Below are positions 36,193 to 47,798 of a DNA stretch of 64,000 bases, piece after piece (the first letter of the stretch is position 1; each line of letters starts with the position of its first letter). The notes below the pieces were generated by a model. That model was not told where the DNA came from. It did no database searches and was given only the letters and a program-made list of their open reading frames with translations. A program made the position numbers and the translations under genes. The DNA is from a bacterium (GTDB taxonomy: Bacteria > Krumholzibacteriota > Krumholzibacteriia > LZORAL124-64-63): NCBI GenBank assembly GCA_043823125.1, contig JBDRBC010000187.1, positions 5,257 to 69,256 of the forward strand. The letters run 5' to 3'.

Positions 36193-36268
36193 TGCGTTGT
36201 ACCCTGATCGGCGGCTTGGGGATTTCCTGACCACCAACGTGGTGCTCTGATCGGCGGCCGCAGGATTG

Positions 36269-37210
36269 CTACCCGCCCTGGGCTCCTAACCACCGTTCGG
36301 TTTCTATGGCGGACATGCAGCCGGTGCCGGCGGCGGTTATGGCCTGGCGGTAGACGTGGTCCTGGACGTCGCCGCAGGCGAAGACCCCTTCGATGTTGGT
36401 GGCGCTGCTGTCGGGTTTGGTGATGAGGTAGCCGTTTTCATCCATGTCGAGCTGTCCGGCCAGGAACCCCGTGTTGGGGGTGTGGCCGATGGCGATGAAA
36501 CAGCCGGTCACCGGAAGGTCGTGTTCGCTGCCGTCCTGAGTGTCGGTGAGGACGAGATTGTTCAAGAGCCCGTTCTCGTCACCTTCGTACTGCTTGATGA
36601 CCTTGTTCCAGGCGATAGCGATCTTCGGATTTTCGAGAGCACGCTGCTGCATGATCCGTGATCCACGGAGTTCATCCCGACGGTGAATGATGGTGACCTT
36701 GGTGGCGAAGTTGGTGAGGTAGGTCGCCTCCTCGAGGGCCGTGTCGCCTCCGCCCACCACGGCGATTTCCTGGTCGCGGTAGAAGAATCCGTCACAAGTG
36801 GCGCAGGCCGAGAGCCCCTTGCCGTGAAACGACTCCTCGTCGGGAAGGTTCAGCCAGCGCGCGGTGGAGCCGGTGGCGATGATCACGGCCTCGGCCTGGA
36901 GGACCTCGGAATCCGTGGTCACCATGAAGGGGCGTTGGGACAGGTCGACCTGTTGCACCGACTGGGGGAGGATCCTGGTACCGAACCGTTCCGCCTGAGC
37001 ACGCATCCGGTCCATCAGCTCCGGTCCCTGAATACCTTCGGGAAAACCGGGATAGTTCTCGACTTCGGTGGTGATGGTGAGTTGGCCGCCTGGCTGGCTG
37101 CCCTCGCACAGCACGTTGGATATATTGGCCCGGCCGAGATAGATGGCCGCCGTATAGCCTGCCGGCCCGGATCCGATGATGATCACTTTCTCGTTGCTGT
37201 TGTTGTTCAT
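36269..37210 (-). CDS. trxB: Thioredoxin-disulfide reductase
   Basis: [16 protein letters not shown]…CATCDGFF…[13 protein letters not shown]… canonical TrxB with the CATC redox motif. Confidence 0.9.
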   Translation of the reverse strand: MNNNSNEKVIIIGSGPAGYTAAIYLGRANISNVLCEGSQPGGQLTITTEVENYPGFPEGIQGPELMDRMRAQAERFGTRILPQSVQQVDLSQRPFMVTTDSEVLQAEAVIIATGSTARWLNLPDEESFHGKGLSACATCDGFFYRDQEIAVVGGGDTALEEATYLTNFATKVTIIHRRDELRGSRIMQQRALENPKIAIAWNKVIKQYEGDENGLLNNLVLTDTQDGSEHDLPVTGCFIAIGHTPNTGFLAGQLDMDENGYLITKPDSSATNIEGVFACGDVQDHVYRQAITAAGTGCMSAIETERWLGAQGG

Positions 37211-37508
37211 GGTACCTCCTCTAAATTCAATGGGTTACACCCTGAACGTTCATGTGGAACAACAGGTCTATGGATAACGCGAGAGGCGATCGGTGTCAAC
37301 CTTCGGATGCCGGGGTGGATCCGAATCGTGGTTTGGCTGGCTGTTCTCCTTGACTGACGGACGTATCGGTGTTATTTATAGCCGCTTGTGAATGTGTTCA
37401 TGGCGAGGCGAGTAAGCCTGGGGCCACTTCGAGGCGATTTGAGCGTGAGTTGGCCGATCGCGTAGGGTCCTCAGGGATACTGCCGTTTTATGTGTACGGA
37501 GTAGAGCG

Positions 37509-37823
37509 ATGTACGCAGTTGTCAAGATCAAGAATCAGCAGTTCAAGGTCGAGCCCAAAGCGCGGATCTCGGTGCCGTTACTCGACAACGAAGTCGGGGC
37601 CACCGTGACCTTCGACGAGGTACTCATCGTCGGTGACGGCGAAGAAGTGACCGTGGGCGCTCCGACCATCGATGGTTGTTCGGTTTCGGCCGAGGTCGTT
37701 CGGCACGGACTGGAACGTAAGGTGGTCGTCTTCAAGAAGAAGCGTCGGAAGAATTATCGGCGCAAGAAGGGGCATCGCCAGCATTTCACCGAGATCTTGA
37801 TCAAGGAGATCGTCAGCAATTGA
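37509..37823 (+). CDS. rplU: 50S ribosomal protein L21
   Basis: MYAVVKIKNQQFKVEPKARISVP… canonical L21. Confidence 0.9.
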   Translation: MYAVVKIKNQQFKVEPKARISVPLLDNEVGATVTFDEVLIVGDGEEVTVGAPTIDGCSVSAEVVRHGLERKVVVFKKKRRKNYRRKKGHRQHFTEILIKEIVSN

Positions 37824-37864
37824 GCCCGGGTTCGCCCGCGGGCGATGTGTGAGGAGATACGGTC

Positions 37865-38119
37865 ATGGCGCATAAAAAAGCTGGTGGTAGTTCACGCAAC
37901 GGCAGGGACAGCAAAGGCCAGCGTCTCGGCGTGAAGCGGTTCGGTGGCGAGGCGGTGACTGCGGGCACCATCATCGTGCGGCAGCGGGGAACTCGGATCC
38001 ATCCCGGACGCAATGTCGGTCGCGGCAATGACGACACGCTCTTCGCGAAGACCGACGGCAAGGTGACCTTCGAGGATTTCGGAAAGAAACGGAAGCGGGT
38101 CTGTGTATTGCCTGCTTGA
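37865..38119 (+). CDS. rpmA: 50S ribosomal protein L27
   Basis: [24 protein letters not shown]… canonical L27. Confidence 0.9.
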   Translation: MAHKKAGGSSRNGRDSKGQRLGVKRFGGEAVTAGTIIVRQRGTRIHPGRNVGRGNDDTLFAKTDGKVTFEDFGKKRKRVCVLPA

Positions 38120-38143
38120 ACGAAGCGAAATGATTTTTGGGTG

Positions 38144-38178
38144 AACCCATCCCTGCTCGGGGATGGGTTTCTCTTTTA
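38144..38178 (+). terminator. Rho-independent terminator after rpmA
   Basis: aacccatcccc-tgctc-ggggatgggtt followed by tctcttttat. Confidence 0.6.
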
Positions 38179-38223
38179 TCCAGGAATGGCTCATTGAACT
38201 GATTGGCGAGGGAGCGGACGGTC

Positions 38224-38982
38224 ATGGATACGGTGCTGGCGGTGATTCCGGCTCGTTACGATTCCAGCCGTTTTCCCGGCAAGGCGCTGGCCGATCTCGG
38301 CGGGGCGCCGCTGGTGGTCCGGGTGGCCGAAATGGCGAGCCGGATGCGAGAGGTGGATCGGATTATCGTCGCCACGGACGACAAGCGGATCCAGCAAGCG
38401 GTGGTGGCGGCGGGATTCGACTGCGAGAAAACCGGCAATCACCCCACCGGGACCGACCGGGTTGGCGAAGTGGTGGCCCGGCATCCGGCCGACATCGTCA
38501 TCAACTTGCAGGGTGACGAGCCGTTGCTCGATCCGGCGGACGTTGATCGACTCGTGGTGGCCATGCGCCAAAATCCCGAGGTCGATCTGGGGACCCTGGC
38601 CCATCCGTTCGACAGCCGGGATGAGTGGCTCGATCCCAATAACGTCAAGGTCCTGGTGGACCGGTCCGATCGCGCCCTGTACTTTTCGAGAGCGGCCATA
38701 CCGGGCGCCTTCCCCGGTGCACCAGTGGGTTCGGACAGAGACTCTGGACAGGCTGGTGAACGGCTGGCTTTGCGCCACGTCGGGGTCTACACCTTTCGGG
38801 CTGAGACCTTGAGTCGGATGCTTATCCTGCCGCGATCGCCCCTGGAAAAAGCGGAGGGACTCGAGCAGTTACGCGCCCTGGAAAACGGACTGAAGATCAA
38901 GGTGGTGCGAATAGCGAACCGCCCCATCGGGGTGGACACCGAGGCCGACCTCGAGTCGGTGCGTCGGCTGTGGCAGGCTTGA
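38224..38982 (+). CDS. kdsB: 3-deoxy-manno-octulosonate cytidylyltransferase (CMP-KDO synthetase)
   Basis: [20 protein letters not shown]…NLQGDEPL… canonical KdsB. ATG 38224 after GAGGGAG. Confidence 0.85.
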   Translation: MDTVLAVIPARYDSSRFPGKALADLGGAPLVVRVAEMASRMREVDRIIVATDDKRIQQAVVAAGFDCEKTGNHPTGTDRVGEVVARHPADIVINLQGDEPLLDPADVDRLVVAMRQNPEVDLGTLAHPFDSRDEWLDPNNVKVLVDRSDRALYFSRAAIPGAFPGAPVGSDRDSGQAGERLALRHVGVYTFRAETLSRMLILPRSPLEKAEGLEQLRALENGLKIKVVRIANRPIGVDTEADLESVRRLWQA

Positions 38983-39014
38983 AAGCGTCGCAGCCCGGGA
39001 AGGATGGAACCGGC

Positions 39015-40655
39015 ATGGCCAAGTACGTTTTTGTCACCGGTGGTGTGGTCTCGGCACTCGGCAAGGGAATCGCCAGTGCCTCCCTGGGGTGCCTGCTTAA
39101 GGCGCGGGGGCTGCACGTCATTCTGCAGAAGTTCGATCCCTACCTGAACGTGGACCCGGGCACCATGAGTCCGTACCAGCACGGGGAGGTGTTCGTGCTG
39201 GACGACGGCGCCGAGTGCGATCTCGACCTCGGACACTATGAGCGATTCACGGACACCCAGCTGAGCCAGAACAACAATCTCACCAGCGGCGTGGTCTACG
39301 AGACCATCATCGCCAAGGAGCGCAAGGGCGAGTATCTCGGCCGTACCGTGCAGGTCATCCCGCACGTGACCGACGAGATCAAGCGGCGGATCGTGCTGGC
39401 GGCCGAGGATCCGGCCGTCGACGTGGTGATCACCGAGATCGGCGGCACGGTGGGTGATATCGAATCGTTGCCGTTCATGGAGGCCATCCGGCAGTTCCGT
39501 CTGGAGCGTCCGGTCGCCGACACGGTTTCCGTGCATTTGACCCTGGTGCCGTATATCGAGGCGGCGGGCGAGATCAAGACCAAGCCGACCCAGCATTCGG
39601 TGCGGGAGATTCGCAGCATCGGTATTCAGCCCGACTTCCTCATCTGTCGGGCGCAGGCGGAACTGCCCGCGGACGCGCGGCGCAAGATCGCCCTGTTCTG
39701 CAACTTGCCCCCTGAACATGTCATCGACGGCCAGGACGTGAAATCCATCTACGAGGTGCCGCTCAACTTCCACCATCAGCAGCTCGACGATCTGCTCGTG
39801 GAACGGCTCGGCCTGGAGACCGGGCCGGCCGATCTGCAGGAATGGGAGCGGATGACCCGACTCATTCTCGATCCACCGGACCGGGTGCGGATCGCGGTGG
39901 TCGGGAAATACGTGGAGTTGAAAGACGCCTACAAGAGCATCAACGAATCGTTCGTGCACGCGGGCATCACCAACAGGGTCGGCGTCGACCAGGTCTGGGT
40001 CACCTCGGAAAGTCTCGAGGGGACCGAGGTGGGCGATCAGCGCCTGGCCGAGATCTTTGCCGACTGTCACGGGATTCTCGTGCCCGGAGGATTCGGGGAT
40101 CGCGGTATTCAGGGCAAGATCAACGCGGTACGATATGCTCGCGAAAACAGGATTCCGTATTTCGGCATCTGTCTCGGTCTGCACTGCGCCATGATCGAAT
40201 TCGGTCGCTCTCTGGTCGGTCTCGACATGGCCAACAGCAGTGAATTCGATCCCGACACCCCGCACCCGGTCATCCACCTGATGGCGGAACAGCGGAATGT
40301 GGACGAGATGGGTGGCACCATGCGTCTCGGGGCCTACCCGTGTCACCTCATCCCGGACAGTTTCGCCGCCCACTGTTACGGAGAGACCGAGATCAGCGAG
40401 CGGCATCGGCACCGCTACGAGGTCAACAACCAGTATCGACAGGTTTACGAGGAGGCGGGGATGGTCTTCTCGGGGCTGGCGCCCGACAATTCGCTGGTGG
40501 AGATCCTGGAGTATCCGGACCACCCGTTTTTCATCGCGGTGCAGTTTCATCCCGAACTCAAGTCGCGACCGCACCGGCCGCATCCGTTGTTCCGGGAATT
40601 CGTGGCCGCCGCCGTGGCGCATCAACAGCGGCGTCAGGCGGAAGAGACCAGTTGA
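39015..40655 (+). CDS. pyrG: CTP synthase
   Basis: [19 protein letters not shown]… plus a C-terminal glutamine amidotransferase domain (GICLGLH…). ATG 39015 after GGAAGGA. Confidence 0.9.
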   Translation: MAKYVFVTGGVVSALGKGIASASLGCLLKARGLHVILQKFDPYLNVDPGTMSPYQHGEVFVLDDGAECDLDLGHYERFTDTQLSQNNNLTSGVVYETIIAKERKGEYLGRTVQVIPHVTDEIKRRIVLAAEDPAVDVVITEIGGTVGDIESLPFMEAIRQFRLERPVADTVSVHLTLVPYIEAAGEIKTKPTQHSVREIRSIGIQPDFLICRAQAELPADARRKIALFCNLPPEHVIDGQDVKSIYEVPLNFHHQQLDDLLVERLGLETGPADLQEWERMTRLILDPPDRVRIAVVGKYVELKDAYKSINESFVHAGITNRVGVDQVWVTSESLEGTEVGDQRLAEIFADCHGILVPGGFGDRGIQGKINAVRYARENRIPYFGICLGLHCAMIEFGRSLVGLDMANSSEFDPDTPHPVIHLMAEQRNVDEMGGTMRLGAYPCHLIPDSFAAHCYGETEISERHRHRYEVNNQYRQVYEEAGMVFSGLAPDNSLVEILEYPDHPFFIAVQFHPELKSRPHRPHPLFREFVAAAVAHQQRRQAEETS

Positions 40656-40684
40656 CCTCGACCCGCTGGCGAGGAGGATTTGGC

Positions 40685-41590
40685 ATGCCCTCGGTACCAG
40701 GAGATGTTCCCGGCGTTGACGCCGCCCAGTCCGGAAGCAGCGGAACGGCCGGCAGCGCCGCCGCCCCGGTGTCCATCCGGGAGCGTCGGGTCGGGCACGG
40801 GGAACCGTTGTACATCATCGCCGGGCCGTGCGTCCTCGAGGAAGATCACGACGAGATGCTCGCCCTGGCTGGCTCGCTGGCGATGACCTGTCGCGAGCAC
40901 GACCTGGGGTACTGTTTCAAATCGAGTTATCGCAAGGACAACCGGACCAGCGGCGCCTCCTTCCGGGGACCGGGTCTGGAAGCTGGCCTGCGATTGCTGG
41001 AACGAATCGGCAACGAACACGGCGTGCCGGTCCTGACCGATATTCATCATCCGGCCGAAGCCGCCGCGGTGGCGGAAGTGGCGGATGTGCTGCAAGTGCC
41101 GGCATTCCTCTGTCGCCAGACCTCGCTGCTGGAAGCAGCGGCAAAAACCGGTCGGGTGGTCAACGTGAAGAAGGGGCAGTTTCTGGCCGCCGCCGACATG
41201 CGGCATGCTGCCGGCAAACTACGTGCAGCTGGGTGCGCAGATATTCTGTTCACCGAACGTGGCGCTTGTTTCGGTTACCGTGACCTCGTGGTGGACTTCC
41301 GGTCCATCCAGATCATGCGGCAGCTCGGGCACCCGGTCGTTTTCGATGCCACCCATTCGGTCCAGTCCCCGGGCAGCACCGGGGCCGCCACGGGCGGCAA
41401 GCCGGAACTCATCCCGTTACTGGCCCGTTGCGGTGTCGCCGCCGGGGCTGACGCCCTGTTTCTCGAAGTCCATCCCGAGCCGGCGCGCGCCAGGAGTGAC
41501 GCGGCGAGCCAGCTGCCCCTGGCTGCTTTCGCCGCGCTGCTGGACACGATGAGAAAATTCCGTGACCTGTATCTGGAGACCGCGTCATGA
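40685..41590 (+). CDS. kdsA: 3-deoxy-8-phosphooctulonate synthase, with a ~30-aa low-complexity N-terminal extension
   Basis: …LYIIAGPCVLE…GYCFKSSYRKDNRTS…VLTDIHH…KKGQFL…ILFTERG… KdsA/DAHP-synthase-I fold. ATG 40685 is 7 nt after GAGGAGG; the upstream part of the track ORF overlaps pyrG. Confidence 0.85.
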   Translation: MPSVPGDVPGVDAAQSGSSGTAGSAAAPVSIRERRVGHGEPLYIIAGPCVLEEDHDEMLALAGSLAMTCREHDLGYCFKSSYRKDNRTSGASFRGPGLEAGLRLLERIGNEHGVPVLTDIHHPAEAAAVAEVADVLQVPAFLCRQTSLLEAAAKTGRVVNVKKGQFLAAADMRHAAGKLRAAGCADILFTERGACFGYRDLVVDFRSIQIMRQLGHPVVFDATHSVQSPGSTGAATGGKPELIPLLARCGVAAGADALFLEVHPEPARARSDAASQLPLAAFAALLDTMRKFRDLYLETAS

Positions 41591-42183
41591 ATAAAGCTGA
41601 CTGGCCACCCCGGACCGCGGAAAACTACTATCAGGAGGCCAGCAATCGGATCGGCGCCGAACTGGCCGACCGTTTCGCGGCCGTAAAGGCGCTGGTCCTG
41701 GATGCCGACGGCGTTTTGACCAACGGCCAGCTTCTGTACGGGCCCTCCGGCGAGGCGCTGAAGGCTTTTCATAGCCGAGATGGCTTGGGCCTTGTCATGA
41801 CAAGAATTGCGGGATTACGTCTGGCCATGTTGACCGGCCGGCCGAGCGAGATCGTGAAGTGCCGGTGCGAGGAGTTGCGCTTCGATACCATCAAGCTGGG
41901 GCGGTTCGACAAACTGCCCGCCCTGGCCGAGATCAGTGCCGAGATCGGGTGTCCACCGGCTGAGATGCTGTACATGGGCGATGACCTGGTGGATCTGCCG
42001 GTGTTGCTCGAAGTCGGTCTGCCCGTGACGGTACCGGAAGCTCCGGTGGAGGTGCGGGAGCACTGCGTTTATGTGACCACTGCCAACGGGGGCGAGGGCG
42101 CCGTGCGGGAAGTCACGGATCTGGTTCTCAAATGTCAGCGACTCTATGCCACCGCCCTGGAACGTCTGGCCCAGAAAGCCTAG
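41587..42183 (+). CDS. kdsC: KDO 8-phosphate phosphatase (HAD-IIIA)
   Basis: LVLDADGVLTNGQLLY…LKAFHSRDGLGL…YMGDDLVDLPVL… YrbI family. ATGA overlap with kdsA. Confidence 0.75.
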   Translation: MNKADWPPRTAENYYQEASNRIGAELADRFAAVKALVLDADGVLTNGQLLYGPSGEALKAFHSRDGLGLVMTRIAGLRLAMLTGRPSEIVKCRCEELRFDTIKLGRFDKLPALAEISAEIGCPPAEMLYMGDDLVDLPVLLEVGLPVTVPEAPVEVREHCVYVTTANGGEGAVREVTDLVLKCQRLYATALERLAQKA

Positions 42184-42206
42184 CACAAACGACCTGGAGG
42201 TACGGG

Positions 42207-43208
42207 GTGAATAGCCGTCCCCTGGAAATGTCCGACGCAGAGATCATGGCCCTGGGCCGGGAGACCTTCACCGCCGAAGCGGCCGCTGTACTGCAGGTGG
42301 GCGAGACACTCGACGAGGATTTCGTGCGGGCGGTCCGCAAAATCGTGAGTTGCCAGGGTCGGGTGCTGGTCACCGGGCTGGGAAAGTCGGGGATCATCGC
42401 TCGCAAGATCGCCGCCACTCTCACCTCAACCGGGACCCCGAGTCATTTCATCCATCCGGTAGAGGCGTATCACGGTGATCTGGGTATCGTGCGCGGCGGG
42501 GACATCCTCATCGCCATCTCGCATAGCGGCAACAATCCCGAGGTCAACAGCTTGCTGACGTCGTGCCGGCGAGCCGGCATGACCTGCATCGCCATCTGCG
42601 GCAACCGGCAGTCCAGCCTGGCGGTCAACAGTGATCTTCTGCTCCACTGTCCGGTGCAGAAGGAAGTGTGTCCCCTGGACCTGACGCCCACCACCAGCGC
42701 GACAGCAGCGGTGGTCATGGGCGATGCCCTCATCGTCGCCCTGCTGAGGTTGAGAGGTTTCGATCGGGACGATTTCGCCGCCAACCATCCCCGCGGCGTG
42801 CTGGGACGCTCCTTGTTGCTGCGGGTGGCTGAATTGATGCACCGGGAAAACGAACTCCCGGTGGTCACCCACCGGATGACCCTGCGGGAGTCATTGCCAG
42901 AAATCGTCGACAAGCAACTCGGCGGTACCTGTGTGGTGGACGATGACGGAATCCTGGCTGGTGTCTGCGTGGATGGTGACGTCAAGCGGATCCTGCTTGC
43001 CCGAGACGACGCCCTCGAACGCCCCATCACCGAAGCCATGAATCGTGAACCGAGCACCGTGGGGCCGAACGTGCTGGCGGCCACGGCCCTGCGGATGATG
43101 GAGGAGCGGCCAGAGGGACCGATCACCTTGTTGATCGTGGTGGACGACTCTCGGCGCCCCGTCGGTCTGCTCCACATTCATGACCTTCTGCGTGCCGGTC
43201 TTTTCTAG
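42207..43208 (+). CDS. kdsD: Arabinose-5-phosphate isomerase (SIS + tandem CBS; KpsF/GutQ family)
   Basis: SIS motif VLVTGLGKSGIIARKIAATLTSTGTPS…ISHSGNNPEV plus two CBS domains. GTG 42207 is 6 nt after GGAGG (ATG 42228 is an alternative start). Confidence 0.8.
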   Translation: MNSRPLEMSDAEIMALGRETFTAEAAAVLQVGETLDEDFVRAVRKIVSCQGRVLVTGLGKSGIIARKIAATLTSTGTPSHFIHPVEAYHGDLGIVRGGDILIAISHSGNNPEVNSLLTSCRRAGMTCIAICGNRQSSLAVNSDLLLHCPVQKEVCPLDLTPTTSATAAVVMGDALIVALLRLRGFDRDDFAANHPRGVLGRSLLLRVAELMHRENELPVVTHRMTLRESLPEIVDKQLGGTCVVDDDGILAGVCVDGDVKRILLARDDALERPITEAMNREPSTVGPNVLAATALRMMEERPEGPITLLIVVDDSRRPVGLLHIHDLLRAGLF

Positions 43209-43222
43209 CTTATCTTGTTACG

Positions 43223-44236
43223 GTGAACAGCATTGAGTGGCTGGCACATAACGTGCTTATGATTGTGCTTGCGGTCTGCCCCTCCCTTTGCGAATGTCAT
43301 CCCGTGAAACGCCGCACCACCATACCATCAAGCTCGGATCGGGAGCCGGTTCCGCCGCTGTGGCGGCGTCTTCGCCGACGGGTGTATTTCGGCTTGGCGG
43401 CCTCGACGTTGGCGGCCGTCCGACAGACACCGGCCTCGGTTGGCGCCCGGACCTGTCAGCTCCTGGCCCACGTAGCGACGGTCTGTCGGCCTCGGGAACG
43501 GCGACGGGCTCGCGCCAATCTGGCCCTCGCGTTTCCGGACCTGTCCCGGCAGGAACGTGAGCAACTGCTGCGACGGAGCGTGGCTGCCCTCGGTCGTAAT
43601 CTGTTCACCACGCTCACGGTGGAGCGGATGGCGGCGCGGAATTTCGACTCGGTTGACGAAGACGGGGCCTTGGCCGCCATCGCGGAACTGCGTACCTCCG
43701 GTCGCGGGGTTCTGATCCTCACGGGGCACTTCGGGTGCTGGGAGTTGCTGGGGGCGTTTCTGGCGGCGCGTCTGGGTGGCCTGGGTGTGGTTACCGGAAC
43801 CATCCACAACCCGTCGGTCGATCGTCTGGTCCAGCAGCAACGTCGTCAGCTCGGCATGACGCCGTTGCCACGCGATGGGGGCGCGTCGCCTCTGCTCGGG
43901 ATGTTGCAGCAGGGGGGGGTCGTGGCCGTCTTGCTGGATCAGCACACAAGAGTGCCCAACGTGCCGGTGCCGTTTTTCGGCCGGCCGGCTCCCACCACCG
44001 TGGGGTTCGCGAAGCTGGTTCTGCGACGACGGATACCGGTCTTGCCGGTGGCTATCGCAACCGCTGGCGACGGCTTTCGGGTGATCCATCAAGCGACAGT
44101 GGCGGTCAATGATCTCGAAGACAGTGACTCCGGTTGCGACGGTTTGCTGCGACGTTGCAACGAGTCGCTGGAAAATTTCGTGCGCCGGAACCCGGCCGAG
44201 TGGGTCTGGTTTCACGATCGCTGGGCAACGGGGTGA
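43223..44236 (+). CDS. Lipid A biosynthesis lauroyl/myristoyl acyltransferase family (LpxL/HtrB-like LPLAT)
   Basis: …NLALAFPDLSRQEREQLLRRS…ILTGHFGCWELLG…VLLDQHT… HX4D-type acyltransferase motif and family-typical layout. Confidence 0.7.
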   Translation: MNSIEWLAHNVLMIVLAVCPSLCECHPVKRRTTIPSSSDREPVPPLWRRLRRRVYFGLAASTLAAVRQTPASVGARTCQLLAHVATVCRPRERRRARANLALAFPDLSRQEREQLLRRSVAALGRNLFTTLTVERMAARNFDSVDEDGALAAIAELRTSGRGVLILTGHFGCWELLGAFLAARLGGLGVVTGTIHNPSVDRLVQQQRRQLGMTPLPRDGGASPLLGMLQQGGVVAVLLDQHTRVPNVPVPFFGRPAPTTVGFAKLVLRRRIPVLPVAIATAGDGFRVIHQATVAVNDLEDSDSGCDGLLRRCNESLENFVRRNPAEWVWFHDRWATG

Positions 44237-44327
44237 ATCCAGACCGCCCGTGGCCTTCGTGAACGCGGCCGGCGGTCGGTGGTCAGAACCGGTCAACGAA
44301 CAATTCAGTTTCGAGGGGTCGCTGCCG

Positions 44328-44938
44328 ATGATTACTACAATGTTCCAACGACTATTGATCCGACCTCTGCCCACATCTGGTTCAGGTGCGACCACTTGCT
44401 GGGCGATTGGATTCGTCCTGCTGATCCTCGTGGTCGGTGCGGGCTGTATCGAAACCGAAGAAACTCCGCAACCGGCCAGTGACGAAGTGATTCCCGATCA
44501 GGAGATCTACGACTACGAACTCATCGAATCCAACGACGGGGTCAAGGATTGGATTCTCGTCAGTCAGCGCATGGAAAGATTCGCTGATCGGGAAGACGTG
44601 GAGCTCTACGAGGTCACCATGGATTTCTACAAAAACGGGGTGTACTTCTCGACCTTGACCTCCCGACGCGGTCGCGCCAATGTCAGGAGCAAGAATCTGT
44701 TCGCCTGGGGCGAGGTCGTGGTGGTGACCGAGGACGGGCGGCGCCTGGAGACAGAGGAACTGCATTACAAGGATGCAGCCGAACGGATTCACAACGACGT
44801 CTACAACCGTTTCAGCTGGGGAGAGGACGTGATGACGGGATACGGGCTGGAGGCAACACCGGACTTGGAGTACCTTGAGATCAAGGAACATGTGAACGCG
44901 GAGATCGAAGACGAGAATCATGCCGAGGGTGAAACCGA

Positions 44939-44942
<4 letters not shown>
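44328..44942 (+). CDS. lptC: LptC-like periplasmic LPS-export protein (N-terminal anchor)
   Basis: MITTMFQRLLIRPL… TM anchor followed by an OstA-like beta-rich domain. Sits immediately upstream of lptB as in canonical lptC-lptA-lptB loci. Sequence similarity itself is weak. Confidence 0.5.
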
Positions 44943-45697
<755 letters not shown>

Positions 45698-45754
45698 GCG
45701 GGCTGCCGCGGCGGAGGGGACCCGTTTTCGGGTGGTCAAAGGAGCGACCGGACA

Positions 45755-47170
45755 ATGGACATCAGACTGGGCTTGCATCAAGGCCTCCACCTGAAGCAGC
45801 AGCTGGTCATGACCCAGCGGTTGCAGCAGGCGCTGAAGCTGTTGCAGGTGCCGACACTGGAACTGGAGCAGATTCTGCGTCAGGAGTTGCAAGGCAACCC
45901 CCTGCTCGAGGAAGTTGATCCCAACGAAGATGCGGAAGAGGAAGCCGGACAGGATGCGGAAGCCGCTCCCTCCAGCGAAGCAGTAGCGAGTGACAATTCC
46001 GTCGATTGGGACGAGTATTTCAAGGACGGTTTTCGGACCGCCGCCAACGAGCAGGAATTCGAGGACGAGGATCTCCTGGAAAAACCGCCGGTCTTTGTAC
46101 CCAGCGGACAGCAGGCGCTCTCCGAGCAGCTCATGCTCACGGTGGCCGATGCCGCGGATCGGAAGATCGGCGAGTACATCATCGGCTGTCTCAACGAGGA
46201 CGGGTATCTGGCTTGCTCCCTGGAGGAGATCGCCGGTTTTTTCGAAGTCGATGTGGAGACGGTCGACCGGGTACTGGAGATCATCCAGGAATTCGATCCG
46301 GCCGGGGTCGGTGCCCGTGATCTGCGGGAGTGTCTGCTCCTGCAGCTCAAGGCCAAGAAAGCCAGCGATTCCTTGCAAGCGTACGTCATCAAGAATCACT
46401 TCGAAGCTTTGAAGACCCGCAAGTTCGGTGACATCGCTCGTGAGATGAAGATCACGCCCAAAGCGGTGCAGGAGATCGCCGAAAGCATCGGTGAGCTCGA
46501 TCCCAAACCCGGACTGTCCACGGGCGGGGGTGGTGCGCGCGCCATCGTGCCGGATCTCGTGGTGTTGAAGGTCGATGAAGAGAAAAATTATGTGGTCTAC
46601 TTGAACGACGGGAATCTGCCGCGGCTACGGGTGAGCCAGGCGTATGAATCCCATCTGGATAGTGGTGAACGAGACCGCGATACCGTCCAGTTCATCGACG
46701 AGAAGAAGCGTTATGCAGAGTGGATCATCAAAACCATCGAACAGCGGAGGCGAACCATGATCAAGGTCATGGAAGCCATCGTGGACGAACAACGCGAATT
46801 CTTCGAACACGGGGCCATCGCTCTGCGCCCGCTGACATTACAGCAGGTGGCGAGTCGTATCGGCATGCACGAGTCCACCGTCTCCCGGGTGACCCGACAG
46901 AAATACGTGCAGACACCCCGCGGCGTCTTCCCGCTGAAGTACTTTTTCTCGGCGGGGCTCGACACCCAGGGCGGGGAAGAAGTGGCCGCCAAGGCGGTCA
47001 AGTTGATGATCAAGGAGATCGTGGAAGGTGAGGACCAGGCCCGACCTCTTTCCGATAAGAAGATCGTGGATATTCTCGAGGCCAAGGGATTGATAATCGC
47101 CCGGCGGACCGTGGCCAAGTATCGAGAGCAGCTCAGCATACTCAATGCGCGGATGCGCAAGCAGTTCTGA
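45755..47170 (+). CDS. rpoN: RNA polymerase sigma-54 factor
   Basis: MDIRLGLHQGLHLKQQLVMTQRLQQALKLLQ… region I and the C-terminal RpoN box ARRTVAKYRE. Confidence 0.9.
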   Translation: MDIRLGLHQGLHLKQQLVMTQRLQQALKLLQVPTLELEQILRQELQGNPLLEEVDPNEDAEEEAGQDAEAAPSSEAVASDNSVDWDEYFKDGFRTAANEQEFEDEDLLEKPPVFVPSGQQALSEQLMLTVADAADRKIGEYIIGCLNEDGYLACSLEEIAGFFEVDVETVDRVLEIIQEFDPAGVGARDLRECLLLQLKAKKASDSLQAYVIKNHFEALKTRKFGDIAREMKITPKAVQEIAESIGELDPKPGLSTGGGGARAIVPDLVVLKVDEEKNYVVYLNDGNLPRLRVSQAYESHLDSGERDRDTVQFIDEKKRYAEWIIKTIEQRRRTMIKVMEAIVDEQREFFEHGAIALRPLTLQQVASRIGMHESTVSRVTRQKYVQTPRGVFPLKYFFSAGLDTQGGEEVAAKAVKLMIKEIVEGEDQARPLSDKKIVDILEAKGLIIARRTVAKYREQLSILNARMRKQF

Positions 47171-47229
47171 CCGAGTTGCTGAACCAGTCGGGAGCGTGAC
47201 GACAGAAACCATCTGCCAAGGAGAACGAC

Positions 47230-47766
47230 ATGCAAGTGGAAGTGTTGAGCCGCCACTTCAGTTTGGGTGATGCCCAGAAAGAATACATCACGGGTGAGCT
47301 GGAAAAGCTGGAACGTTTCAGCCCCCGCGCGCCGGTCAGCGCCAAGATGACCTTGACGCGTCAGAAGGATCAATTCACGGCCGACCTCGCCTTCTTTCTC
47401 AAGAGTGGTGATTTCCGGGCCACGGAGACCGGCAATGGGCCGAAGCGGGCCACCGACGCCGTCATCGAGAACCTCAAGACCCAACTCCGCCGCTACAAGG
47501 GCAAGATCACCGGTCGTCCCAAGGGCCAGGAAGGCGGTCTGGGGCGGGCACTGGTCGATCGTGAGGAACAGATGGATACCGATCTCGGTGTGGTGCGCCC
47601 CGAGACATTCGCTCTGGTGGATATGAGTGTCGACGATGCCATGGAGGCGTTCGGTTCAGCGGAACATCCTTTCCTCGTCTTCCGGAATAGCGCCACCGAG
47701 GAAGTCAACGTGGTCTACCGGCGGGAAGATGGGGACTTGGGACTGCTGGAACCGAGCAAGGACTAG
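47230..47766 (+). CDS. hpf: Ribosome hibernation-promoting factor (long form)
   Basis: MQVEVLSRHFSLGDAQKEYI… YfiA/HPF fold plus a C-terminal dimerisation extension; AAGGAG SD; the conserved rpoN-hpf linkage. Confidence 0.85.
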   Translation: MQVEVLSRHFSLGDAQKEYITGELEKLERFSPRAPVSAKMTLTRQKDQFTADLAFFLKSGDFRATETGNGPKRATDAVIENLKTQLRRYKGKITGRPKGQEGGLGRALVDREEQMDTDLGVVRPETFALVDMSVDDAMEAFGSAEHPFLVFRNSATEEVNVVYRREDGDLGLLEPSKD

Positions 47767-47798
47767 GCGGCCGTTGGCTGACGGCGTCAGGTGGTAGC

